Of a stretch of DNA of 64,000 nt, positions 39,138 through 50,862 are shown one piece after another (the stretch's first letter is position 1; every line of letters starts with the position of its first letter). The DNA comes from Phoronis australis (lineage: Eukaryota; Animalia; Phoronida). Below the pieces are notes generated by a model that saw only the letters and a list, made by a program, of their open reading frames with translations, searched no databases and was not told where the DNA came from. The position numbers and the translations under genes are program-made. The stretch is taken from contig NMRA01001008.1 of the NCBI GenBank assembly GCA_002633005.1, positions 1 to 64,000 of the forward strand. Direction: 5' to 3'.

Positions 39138-39472
39138 TGAGGAGAAATTATGATAAATTGCATAATAAATGAATATCATTGGCTCAGAAAACCGGGGTTT
39201 GCATCCCAAGTCTGTGCCTCGGATATTTCGTGGAGTCTAAAGCAAACCACTGGCAGCTTATAGTACGTATTCAGATGTACACGTATATGAACATACCTGT
39301 ACACAAATCAATGCCGAGTTACCCGTTCTAGTGTTACTTAAAGCAAATGTACCCAGACGACGTCGAAAACGTGGACACTCGAAGACTAAAGAAGCCAAGG
39401 ATACCAAACGTCATTTGGAACCAATAAACGTCGTGTTCTTCTGCCTTCGTTGTAAAAAGATGTAATACTACA
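39138..39472 (+). mobile_element. Probable solo LTR
   Basis: TG...CA ends, 5-bp direct repeat TATCA (39133-39137, 39473-39477), AATAAA at 39423. Confidence 0.55.
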
Positions 39473-40842
39473 TATCATCGCTGAACTATTCCACATCCGG
39501 CTCAGCCATATTGCTTCAAGTTAATGACATCATCACTTTCGCGGCCACGTGTTCCTGAGTGGTCACTGGCGACTGACATTTATTTGGCATGTCACGGTAT
39601 GACATGTTATGTGGATAAAGCGTCCATCCTTGGTGGTGTTCGTGTAATCTTGCCACTGCGAGCACGACCCGGGGAGTTTTTGGGTGAGCTGGTGTTGTGC
39701 GTACAAGTGGTTCTTCGAAGGTTACACGCTTTAACTGAACTTCGATTTGGTTACCTTGCGACTCTGGTGAGGAAGTCGCTACAGGAGTATCTCGTAATGT
39801 GTTGACGGTTTCTCTGAACCATGTGTCAATTGACATTTCTCAAGACGTATGAGCGAGGACAATCTGCTTACGATACTACCATTGCTGAATCCCAGCTTCC
39901 AGATACGTGATCTTGTACTTTTGTTTTCAGAATACAGACAAGGCAGTTTCTCTTGGAGGAAATGTCGATAAAAATATTTCTTTTGGTTTTGTTGTCAATG
40001 TTGTAGAGCAACATTTATTCGAACCTTGTGCTGGTGCCCGTCCGTGATCATGGTAGCAAATGAGGACTGAATCCGTCTGATCATTAAAACTTTAGTGTGG
40101 GACTTGGTGGAACGGTCGTGATAGGAGAACAGCGCCAGTGTAGCAAAGCACTATCTGGAGTCATCCCAGGTTGTTTCACGTTTTTGGGAATGGTCCTGAC
40201 GGTCTTCACTTGACGCTTTATGAATCCATTTTGTTGTGGTCTCGGTAATGACATGATCTCGTGATGGTAACTCCATTCCATAGCAAATTCACGGTAGAGG
40301 ACATTTGAGAAGTGTGGTCCGTTGTGACTCACTAACTTTGACAGTATGCCAAATTCAGCAAAGACTTGGCGTGTGATGTTCATTATAACGCAGCTTGGTG
40401 GGGGATTTGGTAAGTATTTGACGACAAGATATTTGGAGTAGTAGTTGGATATGATCAGCCATTGAGTCTCATAGGTGAAACAGGTCTACGTCAAGTACAT
40501 CCCATATGTTGCTGAGAAGTGATTCTGGCGTCGGAGATGACCGGTGCTGTTGGCAGATACTACACAAGTTGGTGAACTGTTCGATGTCTCCATTTATTTT
40601 TACCAAGTATACAGTGTCCTTAGCTAGAGGTTTTCTCCTGTACTATGTGAGTAGTGTGGAACCGCCATAGTGTGTCTTCTTGTAGCGTTTGAGGAATAAC
40701 CATTTGTTGTCCTTTAAGGATAAGACCTTTGCCTACCGAGAGTTGATCTAACAGACCCTAAAATGCTCTGGCATCTGTTGGAAAGTTCTTCGGCTGTCTT
40801 TAGCCATCCCAGTATAATAGTACCTCTCAGCTGGTTGAGCAG

Positions 40843-41056
40843 CTAGGAAACAGTTTGGCCTAGTGTGATAGGTGCCTACTCTATTTACTCGAGGTCGCGA
40901 GTACGAGTCCAACTGGGACATACTACTAGTCCCTTGTGACAGGTTTGTAGCATGTCAACTCGATTTTAACTATATCTTAATAAACCGCAAATATAGTTTC
41001 AGTGCAATGGACCCATAGGCGCGCCTTGCGCGCTTCCTGCAATTATTTTTTCCATT
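40843..41056 (+). mobile_element. tRNA-derived SINE inserted in Gypsy pol
   Basis: 11-bp TSD tggttgagcag (40832-40842, 41057-41067); A-box-like tggcctagtgtgat and B-box-like gagtacgagtcc near the 5' end. Confidence 0.7.
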
Positions 41057-41793
41057 TGGTTGAGCAGTGTGCCAGCAGCTGTGAAGTTCCCCAGTTTCTG
41101 CACGCTGTAGCTGAAAAAGAACATGTCGACTCGGACATCAAGATCGATAAAAAAGATCGATAGGCTCCAAGTTGCACGGGTGATGGTAGACGCAAGAGTC
41201 CATCAGCAAAGACGTCGTTAAACCCCTTGTTAGAGGTGAGTGTGGTACCTCTGGAGCTACAAGTATCCGCTGTAGGTGTGATGGAGTCGCGATGAGTGGT
41301 TTGCTGACGATCATCACCATATGTTTGTGGTCGGTGATGACTTGACCACATAGGTAAGTGTGGAATCTCTGTGTTCCGGAGACGATGGCCAATAGCTTAA
41401 ACTTAATACACGCGGATCTTCGTTCAGTTAGTGGTAGGCCTTTTTTGGCTTACATAACAGGTACCAATTTGCCGGTTGGATCTAACTGGAGTAGAGCTGC
41501 TCGTATTCCTTGGAGAATGGCACCACAGTGCATGTAGATTGGGAGTTTCGGGTGGAAGTATTGGAGCAGGGACGTCTCAGACAGTTCACACATCAGGTCT
41601 CTAAATACACGTTGATGGTGCGGTCCCTAAAGAAACTCCAAGTCCATGTGCAACAGTTAGAATAAGACCTCAGTTTTCAAGCTCAAGTCCTTGACGAAAC
41701 GAGATAGGAAGTCACCACACTCAGGAATTGTTGTATTTCTGTTATCGCGTAGCTATTGCATTTCTTGCAGGTCTGGTACTTTTGCTAGATCGG

Positions 41794-42159
41794 GGTCGGT
41801 ATCTAATCTTTGTGCGCGAAACAAAGTCGAAATTATTTTTGGCAATTTCTCTGTTCCTTTTGTGCTAACTCCACAAAAGTGGTCATCAGACAGCGCTCGA
41901 GTAATTATAGTTTATGCATACGAGTTTCTAGTCCAAGTTTGCACTTAAAAACCCTGATGTTCGTGCTACAAACTCGAGTAAAAACTCGAACTTTTAGATT
42001 TAATGATGGATTTGTCAACTTCAAACTAGGACTAATAAATCATCCACGTAAGTCCTTATGTACTCGAGCATATAGAGTAATCGACACTTATCTTGAGTTC
42101 GCTCAAAAGTAGAGTAAAAAATGCCAAACATAATTTCGAATTCCATTCGGGACTGGGCC
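41794..42159. mobile_element. Harbinger MITE (inverted, decayed copy of 58358-58758) inserted in Gypsy RT
   Basis: Reverse complement aligns with 58358-58758; CGG on both sides; removal restores ITPDLAKVPDLQEM on the minus strand. Confidence 0.8.
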
Positions 42160-43339
42160 CGGGTGTGATTCTAGCATAATTATAAGTGCACAAGTTCCCG
42201 AAAAAGGACACTTTTAGTTCTATTTACTTCTTGCTGGAGTTGAAGACGAGACCCTCTTGGGTGGCGACCTCTATGAAGCGTCGTAGGAATTTGCCTGATA
42301 ATCTGTATATGACGATGTCGTCAGATTTATAACACGCTCCTGGTCACTTGTCAAGTATTTGGTTCATCTCTACTTGAATGTGGTTTAGTTTGGCTGATGT
42401 TCAATCTAAATGGGAGTCGCTGGAAGCATCTTCCGAATTGTGTTGGCAAGGTTGTTTATGTTTCGCTATCGGGGTCCAGTTTGATGGACCAATACCCAGA
42501 CTGCGGGTGTAAATTTGAGAATGATTGTGAACCGATATCCGATGGTATGTTCATACCAGGTTAATTCTCGCGGATCTTATTGTGTTGTCGCGTTTGGTCA
42601 CGCATGTGCCGGAGAGAACTCACCCAGTCGGTTCTTCAATACGTCGTATGACTTTTTGGGACTCTATCTTATCGAGCTCAGACTTAATCTTGTCACGTAT
42701 GACTATTGGTATTTTTCTTGGTGGTTCTACTTCACATTCATGACAGTGTTTTGCCGTTCAGTGAATTTACCAGACGAAGGGGGCTCTGAGTGTGTGCTAA
42801 TATCTAGCTTATTTGTTAACAGCCAAGCACACTCTTTTGTCTGTTATGAAAACCGGCAGGCCAATTATCTAACAGGCTTATTACAGACCACGTGTGAACA
42901 CCGTCAAACCCATGTTACATTCAGAAAGAATATATTATTGTAACTTCGCTGATAGTTAGGGGATTTTGGCGATTCAAAAACTAAACATGATCACCAGTAG
43001 ACGACGATGTCACAAATGCTATTGGTTTCTGTTCAAATATGTTATAACTTTTGTTTTTAACAGCACAGCCCAGTCAGGCTAGATACGATCTTCTTGAAGG
43101 TTAGAGCAATTGTCGAACAAAAGAGAGCGGGCCCTCCAACCATGAATGCCAGAATGTAGTTATAAATCGGTCGTGTAAGATAGTGGCTACAGGGGTAAAC
43201 TTCCCAACTTGTTGTTGGGCTATAGAATCGAACAAATTGGTAGCAACGGGAAGACGCCGTAATATTGTGTTGACGGCAAGTTTTTGAGTCTTCTGAAATT
43301 CAACGCTAACCAAATTAACTCTCGCTCTTCCGAAACTGC

Positions 43340-43510
43340 AGTTTCGTAGAGCAGTGCATTGATGATTTTTGCGCTTGGCAGTAGCTTCATCGGTGGGAGT
43401 AACCGATCTTTTCAACAATGCTGGCTTTCGTCATTTTCGTGGCTAACTTACAGTCCGCCATTGGATGCTGTATTTTGGGGTTATTGTACTTTGTATGTGA
43501 CGGGGAACTA
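43340..43510 (+). mobile_element. hAT transposase ZnF_TTF-like fragment
   Basis: GGSNRSFQQCWLSSFSWLTYSPPLDAVFWGYCTLY matches the R-F..W...F.WL.YS...D..FC..C.LF pattern. Confidence 0.65.
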
Positions 43511-44400
43511 TTACTACAACAGTTTGAAAATCCGGGGTGTGGGATTGAATTTCGGTCAGTTACCTTGCAAAGAAAAACTTTGACGTGAACAAAAAAATAC
43601 TGACTTCAATGGTTGACAAGAGTTGTTGCTTGCGCAAAGGAAGGCATTGTATTTCGTGCAACCGAGAATGAGAGCTGAGATATTCATTGCAAAATGCAGG
43701 GAACTCGTTAAGTTGCTGACCCTTGTCCGAGAGCATATGGAAATCCCGAGAATGAAAAATGACAATTCAAAACGAACTCATAGCCATACTCGAAACTACA
43801 GTATGATGCATATCAAGTGTAACGTTGGTGGGCACAGTAGCCGAGCGCCCAGAAACAACCCAGGCCTTTCCAAGTCCAATAGGCCGGGATATGGGAGCCT
43901 CGCTGGCCCGACACTCACTTCAAACAGTGGACACGCCAAAGCGCCGTTACCCCGATTGGACATAAGTCTTTCGAAAATTAAATTCAAACCACTTAGCACA
44001 TTGCCCTCCCCACTTTGTCATTCAAAATCATCCATCCCACGTTATTGAAGAGTAAGGTACTTCATAGAATTAGCTGTAATAACTATCCTGAATTCTACAT
44101 TAGTCTCACACAGAGATCAGGCGATAGATTAGTAGAACACAATAGCACTGAAAGTAGCAGTGTTTCGGGCATTGTCAGTCTCACCATCATGTTGCAAGTG
44201 CACCAGACCTCATGGCCAGGGAACATGGAAGTATAAGCTCTACCAGTCGTTGGCCATTCATGGTAAGAAAACTGCAAATTCACTCAATCAGCAGAAGAGC
44301 TCTGTTGCCTTGAATCTATGGTAGAGCAAATCCATCTGATGCAAGCCCTCAATTTCTCATCATTTACAAGCTTAACACGCATGGTCTAGCATTGTGGACA

Positions 44401-44601
44401 TCAACTCAGAATATCCTTGTTAATTGTTCCCCCCTGCAGCAGAAAGTCATAAAGTTTCCTAGTCTTATTGACATCTATCTTCAGCAGTGCGCGAGCCTGA
44501 GCAAGCTTCAGCAAACCATTCTTCTTGCATTCGTCCTCAAGTACAGATTTGCACTTCAGGAATGACATCGGAATCAGACGAACACTTGAGCATACATGTA
44601 G
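44401..44601 (-). CDS. TADA2A: TADA2A last exon, SWIRM domain
   Basis: LHVCSSVRLIPMSFLKCKSVLEDECKKNGLLKLAQARALLKIDVNKTRKLYDFLLQGGTINKDILS*. Confidence 0.9.
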   Translation of the reverse strand, partial: LHVCSSVRLIPMSFLKCKSVLEDECKKNGLLKLAQARALLKIDVNKTRKLYDFLLQGGTINKDILS

Positions 44602-44872
44602 CTAAAGACAAGCAACAAATAAACACTAGAATGAATTAAGTAATTACATCACATTATAATTTATTTTTTAACCACTACAAACCATACTTCAAAAAACAAC
44701 TTTCTTCAGTCGTTGAAATGTAAACAGTTGCAACAAAAGCTTTGTCACACTGTCTGGACTGCTGTAAAAGTGACCTTTTCATATGAAATTTCGTTAACAC
44801 ATGGATTACGCACTTATAAGCTTCTCTTGACTGCCCCCCTCTCCCCCCAAAAAAACCCCAACCCACTCATAC

Positions 44873-47611
44873 TAGTCGGTGGGCCAGATTTTGTAGGGCC
44901 TCTAGAAAATGTTTTTGTGAGTACTTTAGGGGGGCAATTTTATTTTGGTGTTTTTTAATTCATTTATTAGAGTGTTTTCAAAATCTAAAAAGTTCCCACA
45001 TATAAAGTTGCACATTTTTTAGGAAATTTGAGTTTAAAGTTACCTAATAATCACCAAAGAACTTAGTAAACTTATATTTGTAAAAACATCAGTTTTGGTG
45101 AGTTTTTTGTAAAACAAGTAATATGGTCCCATCAGTGCCATTGTATTGAACAATATTACACTCACATTACATGTTTTACTATTGTAAATTAATTGTAAAC
45201 AGTGAAATTTAAAAAATGTAATAAGGCACCTAGTGGCAAAAATGCAAACTAAGTCTGAATGTTACTAGGAAGTTATTCTGGCATTGTCAGCCAACAAAAA
45301 TACAACAAAACACTTGAGACTGGGCAAAATTTGTGCCTCAATGACTAAAACATTGACTAATGGTGTAAAATACAGCTTGTTTGCATAATACACCAGAAAT
45401 ACGTTATAGTACAAAAACAATATAGTTGAATGATCTCTGTGAATGTGCACAAAGAGTGTATGAAAATAATAGATAATTCTGACAGCGTTTCTCAAACAGT
45501 ATGAGACAAATACATGACAATGATCAAAGTATGTACTTTCTATGACTTATTCAACAAATAAAATTAACTTTTTAATACAAAAAAGGAAATAACGGGTTGG
45601 AGGTCTAGTTAGGGTTGACTTGTCAAAAAACTATCCAATGTTATGCAGTCAGTGTTGCTGATGTTACTACAGTTGCACATTTATGTACAGTTTGACCCAG
45701 CATTGCAGCACAAACTCAGTTTCCTAGCACACATGTTCTTTTTGCACTTGCAGCGTTCATCGTTTAGTACTATCAATGGAGATGCGGTTATTGCCATACA
45801 TATTAACTGCAAAGCTCCACCGCCAAGGAGCCAAATATGGTCGATTAGAGAGGGTACAGCACTGCACACTGGTGATTAGCCCGCAGGCAATGAAGGGTCA
45901 AACACTAAGTCCTTGTTTGGAGGCGGGCACTATTTGGGCAAACGTTTGATTCAAAATATGTTATAATGGGCTGTGTTAATTAGAGTCAGCATGTGAATTA
46001 TTGAACACTAGCCTCAACTATGAGTGAGTTGTCATGCAACTTTTTCAGACGGGCTTATCAGGAACTGATCCACCACCAGCCTAACAAATTTACAAGCCGT
46101 CTGATCTGTAGCCTAATAATGTTGATCGTCTAATAATTAGATCAGTTGATGCAACTGAAAATAAATCAGCTGATATACCAGTGCAGTGATTGAAACTTAT
46201 TTCTTTTAAATCAGATGCTCAAACCATAGTCAATCGATTGACACTGAAGATAATCGACGTTTGACGAAATGGGCAGTGGCTTCCATCGTCCTCAAATTTC
46301 GACGGCGACGATGGCCACTTAGGCACTTTAATTTAACTATCATTGCAGCTACCTAAGTAATTAATGTTTACAAAAAATTGAGACTGCGGCAGGGGATGAC
46401 GACCACTTGGACATGTTGTTTGCAACCATCTACTCCATTTAACCTTGTCAAAAATTTTTGACTTAAAGTGCTTTAAAATCACACCCACAGTATAACGCCA
46501 TAGGGTTATCCCTTAGCGCAAGCAGTGTCGATGTGGCAACTGAAGGGAGTGTTTGAAAAACAGGATTGCAGGAGTATTTGTTTAAACTGGGAACAAATAA
46601 AAACATTAACGACCTCCTCAGAGGCATCCCTCTACGCGGTACTTCTAAACTTATAGGAACATAATTTGCCGAAAAGTATCCGGCATATGGAGTACCTATG
46701 GTATGATCATCGTCTCTACTGGGTCAGCAGTATTGTCTAAGGCCTAGGCAGCCAAGGGACTGAACAAGTTAAAAACAACTGGTGATAATACTGAAATACA
46801 CATGGAAAACACCGAGATGTATATTTAAAAAACACGTACCTGTTTTTGAAAGCTATACTTCTGTCTCTTTCTTGAAATGTGGCCCATAATGTACTTTTCC
46901 TGCTAACAAATGATGCACTCATGTTTCAGAGTGTTCCTATCTTGTTCAGGTTAATTGGGTGTTTCAGAGTTTGGAAGTATAATTGATTTTCTTGGGAAAA
47001 CTTTGATAACATCTGTATCACTTTCAGCAACTTCAGCTTAAGTACTACTGTTGGTGCCTTGAAACGTTGCTATGCCATTCTATGTCCTTTCAATTTTTGA
47101 TGTGACACTTGGTCTTCTAGTCTACAGCACTCAGCAGTAAACTGTGTAGGCTACCAAGACATGCAGCTGTTTTATGCACAAACGTTTGTGACACCTCTTC
47201 TTCTTTTTGATCTACTGATCTGAAGAGTTCCACAGTCAATCACCTTTCATCAGGAAGCTTTCCTAAGCTTCTTTAGGCTCTGACATCACAATTTTGTGCT
47301 GTTTGATAAACCTTGAGTTATACAGGCATCGCACTCCATGGGAGCAGCCATATTGAAGTAACTAAGCACAACAATACAACCTGGCTCTCTGATTGGTCAA
47401 TTCAATAGAAAAGCGCCATCAAGTGGCAGGAATGTGCATCATATTTTGTGCAACAAAAGCACCTTTTTTTAAAAAATGTGCAAGTGTAGACGTGGGAACT
47501 TTTTGGAATTTGATTTATAGGTATATTATCTAGCAACATATAAAAAACTAGATTGCCCCCCCCACAAAGTACTCACAAGGATGAACGCTATGAGATCTGA
47601 CCCAACGACTA
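44873..47611. mobile_element. Academ-like non-autonomous DNA transposon, copy 2 (in the last TADA2A intron)
   Basis: TIR tagtcggtgggccagat / atctgacccaacgacta; TSD TAC (44870-44872, 47612-47614); Cys-rich transposase C-terminal relic RCKCKKNMCARKLSLCCNAGSNCT (45681-45869, minus). Confidence 0.85.
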
Positions 47612-48177
47612 TACTGACAAAAAAACTTTATGGGCTGATCTGAAGTAATAACATTATTTTTTCTGAAACCTCAAATCATTTCAAAATTGAGTATGCAACA
47701 AAATGAGATTTTATAACAAAAGTGGCCTAATGCAACACTTCTTTCAATTTGGGATACAACTATGGCTGAAGTTACCATTCTCCAGAGGCTTATTACTTCC
47801 ACTGCAAATGACAAAAATTTTATGTCATGGGGGACAACTATAAAATTTACAAAATACATTTAAAGTAAAATTTTCTGAGAACTCACTTTTATCTTACTGA
47901 TATCTGGATATCATCCAGAAACACTCTTCTGACACAAAGTACTGTCGAGTCCCACCCACCTTGGCCCCAGAGGATGGGGCATATTGAAACGCGGCATGCA
48001 TAGTCATAACAATTGCCTGCATGCTTTTGCCAAATTTGGCTATGATCCAACGTGTTTTTTTAGCATATCAAGCAAACAGCTGGACATTAGGACAGGATCT
48101 TGGCAACAGGCATCCACATATTAAACATAATTATAATAGGACATACAAATGTTCTAATGTAACTGCTACAAACATAC

Positions 48178-48251
48178 CTCTTTTTCCTTGTCATTAAGTT
48201 TCTCAAAGCCACGCAGATCCAGAATTTTCAACGGGGGAAAGACCCGGCGAG
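48178..48251 (-). CDS. TADA2A: TADA2A exon
   Basis: ARRVFPPLKILDLRGFEKLNDKEKE; ttacag / gtatgt. Confidence 0.85.
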
Positions 48252-48421
48252 CTGTAAGAGAATTTTTTTGAATATCAAGAGTACTGTACAATAGCTTGGC
48301 ACTATATTTATCATTTAAGCAACATACATATATAATGTAAGGTGCCAGTTTGAACTTTTTTCTCTAAAAAACATTTTGCACTTATTAATCATTGTTTATC
48401 AGCCATTCAATTAAGTAGTAC

Positions 48422-48509
48422 CTGGCTGGGGTAAGGCAGTGGGTATCCCTTTGGACAAACTCTCAAGTGCTGCTTGCCGCTGGAGACAATTGGCGCATGC
48501 TGCTTCGTC
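48422..48509 (-). CDS. TADA2A: TADA2A exon
   Basis: DEAACANCLQRQAALESLSKGIPTALPQP; an alternative in-frame acceptor would extend it to 48515. Confidence 0.8.
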
Positions 48510-50297
48510 CTGATACTGAAAGAAAAAGGTAACAAAAGCATTAAAGAAAATGTAACAATTATAATACTGCACCTTTTTATTCACCAAACAGCAGTACCAG
48601 CAATACAGTTCATGTCAATAATTTTTAGCCAACTGGTTGGAAAAGAGTTGGCTCTGACCAGACAAGCAGTGGTACACTACAAATCATAGGCTTTAGTGCC
48701 ACTTCTGGTTGTGAAGACACTGGACATGATTTTACTGAAATTCTAGCACACAACTACGAGAACGGGGGATTTGTAATAAATTCACAAAAAAGAACAAAGT
48801 TTGACACTTTTATAGCTCTCGTCTCGTCCCATACAACACCGATGCCAACAGTGCATAAAAGTGCCATAAAACTAGAAAACGTAAACTTTCTTTACAGATA
48901 CAGTTCCTCTCTACGTTTATCCACTGAACTCGACTATCAGATAAGTAAATATAAGTAAGTAGGTAGTAGGTGGATACTAGATAGGTATTAGCTAGACCCT
49001 ACGGAGGTATTAAGAAGGCAGGAGGGTAGGTAAGTAGGCGAGAAGGGAACAGAAAGATAGACAAGTTAGACACTAGGTAGGCATCTAAATAAAGTCGAGT
49101 ATTGCCTTCCATTCTATGAGACTCGCGAATGAAGAATTCAAACTCCTATATATTATAAATTTATCCCAGATTTCGTACTTTGCAAAATCCGAAAATCAGT
49201 ATTGAAAACTTGCTTTACGATTGGTCGCACCAAGAATTGAGTACCTGCATGTTGAAATTGTAGGATTGAGTGTCATATCACGGACAAACTGCTCATCAGA
49301 AACTGACCTGCACATGGCCACATCAGAATCACATGAACAAGAGTCATCATCAGAAATGAGTGCTGTTTAATCTGACGGTCATTAAATGATTTCACTTGGC
49401 TCAATAACTGGCATTTGTGGCATGACTAATTTAGTATGACATCATCAGATCAAAATCTGTGAGCCCCAGATGGCACACCAATATTTGGGTGTTGTTTCAT
49501 GGAGGCAAAAAAGAAGTGAAGGTAAGACCTTTACATATAGTGGCACGTTAATTTAAAAGCAGAGAAACAAAAAATCCCTTCCCAACCCAGCCCATTGTTT
49601 GATCAAGTTAAGTTCACTAATTTATTTTACTTTTTGACATTGTCTGAGATCAAAATTCTACTGCTTTATCAGTCGAGCTACTGACTTTGCTGCTGCAGAT
49701 TCTTCCTCACAGTGGGCAATGCATGGAACATAAAATCCTTCGTCTATGGAATATTTCAAGAGATTTGCCATTTTTCGTACGCCATAAGTACATCCCACCT
49801 CACACATCAGTGAAAATATGCCTACATAGCGGGAAAGGTGTTAAAGCGCTGTATACCACTACGTTAAAACGTCCTTTTCTTATTACATGGGATCTGTACG
49901 TGGTGCTGAACGCCTGCTCATCAAAGATGTGCACGTCATCTGGTGGTATAGTGAATATCCAAACGGCATGGCTATTGAAAATTATCAATGAAACCATGAC
50001 AATGGACAGTAGAGAGGTCATTCCACCTAACACAATGCAAAATGTAAGCGATTAACAGAAATTTTGTCTTTCGTCCTATGAACAAAAAATGCAAAAACTT
50101 GTCTTTTGTTTAACTTTTAGTAAACACTCATTTGATGCTGTCCTTAAACTGTAGTTATCTCCCATGAAATTTAGGTTTGACTTGATTCAAAATAGCCATG
50201 TACCCGATTCGCTAATCGGCGCATTTGGAAGTGAATGTGAAACTCGTCAAAAGGTGCGCTTGGCAGAAAACAGAACATTCAGTTCAATTTGAAATAC

Positions 50298-50458
50298 CTG
50301 TGCTTGATTTAGAACATCACTCAATAGATGGCACTTTGGCTTCTCCCATTCCTTTCTTTTGAGCAGTCGCTTATACACTGACCCAGCCCGGGTACACGTG
50401 ATTCCAGCCTCTCGTAATTCTTGGAGAAACTTAATGGAATCCATCAGCTGGTACTCAT
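50298..50458 (-). CDS. TADA2A: TADA2A exon
   Basis: YEYQLMDSIKFLQELREAGITCTRAGSVYKRLLKRKEWEKPKCHLLSDVLNQAQ. Confidence 0.85.
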
Positions 50459-50754
50459 CTAAAACGCAAATCAATCAACAAATAACAAATTAATGACACA
50501 GTAACAGAGAGAGAAATTCACAATCAGGTCATCTTTCAAAAAATATAGCTTCCCTACAATATTAGTCACTGTAGATTTCAATGTTTTGATTGAATCACAT
50601 TTAAGAATCATCAAATGACTTAAAGTCTAGTAAATACACTCAAAACTGAGAGCTGGTCATGGTAAAGATACAGTTCACTATGAACTAGCTAAAAAAAGAG
50701 AATTCTCAGCAAAGGTCAGCAGTGGATCTTGCTTTTTGATTGGTTTATACTCAC

Positions 50755-50862
50755 AGCTCAATAACTCTAGATATTTAATGTATTCAGTGGGCATCATCAA
50801 TCTCATGAAGACTCGCAGCTTATGAACAAATGGAAGACTCTTCTCATACCGAAGATGCAGCA
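50755..50862 (-). CDS. TADA2A: TADA2A exon
   Basis: VLHLRYEKSLPFVHKLRVFMRLMMPTEYIKYLELLS; ttttttcag / gtgagt. Confidence 0.8.

Larger units (their letters stand above)
39516..43090 (-). mobile_element. Decayed Gypsy/Ty3 LTR-retrotransposon pol (RT-RNaseH-integrase)
   Basis: RT GRCFQRLPFRLNISQ and DDIVIY (42300-42440); RNase H AIVSGTQRFHTYL..ITDHK..KPL..LQR (41138-41392); integrase GILSKLVSHNGPHFS...PQQNGFIKRQVKTV (40084-40383); many stops; outer limits approximate. Confidence 0.9.

Noticed and set aside
40850-40920. Functional tRNA gene
   Set aside because: Degenerate boxes, no complete cloverleaf, and flanking TSD indicate a SINE head.
43623-44048. 141-aa ORF downstream of TADA2A
   Set aside because: No recognisable motif or splice support.
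49740-49990. Crypton/tyrosine-recombinase C-terminus (AGVQ...KRTF*RS...AYEK)
   Set aside because: The catalytic H-x-x-R and GH motifs are absent and the spacing is wrong.
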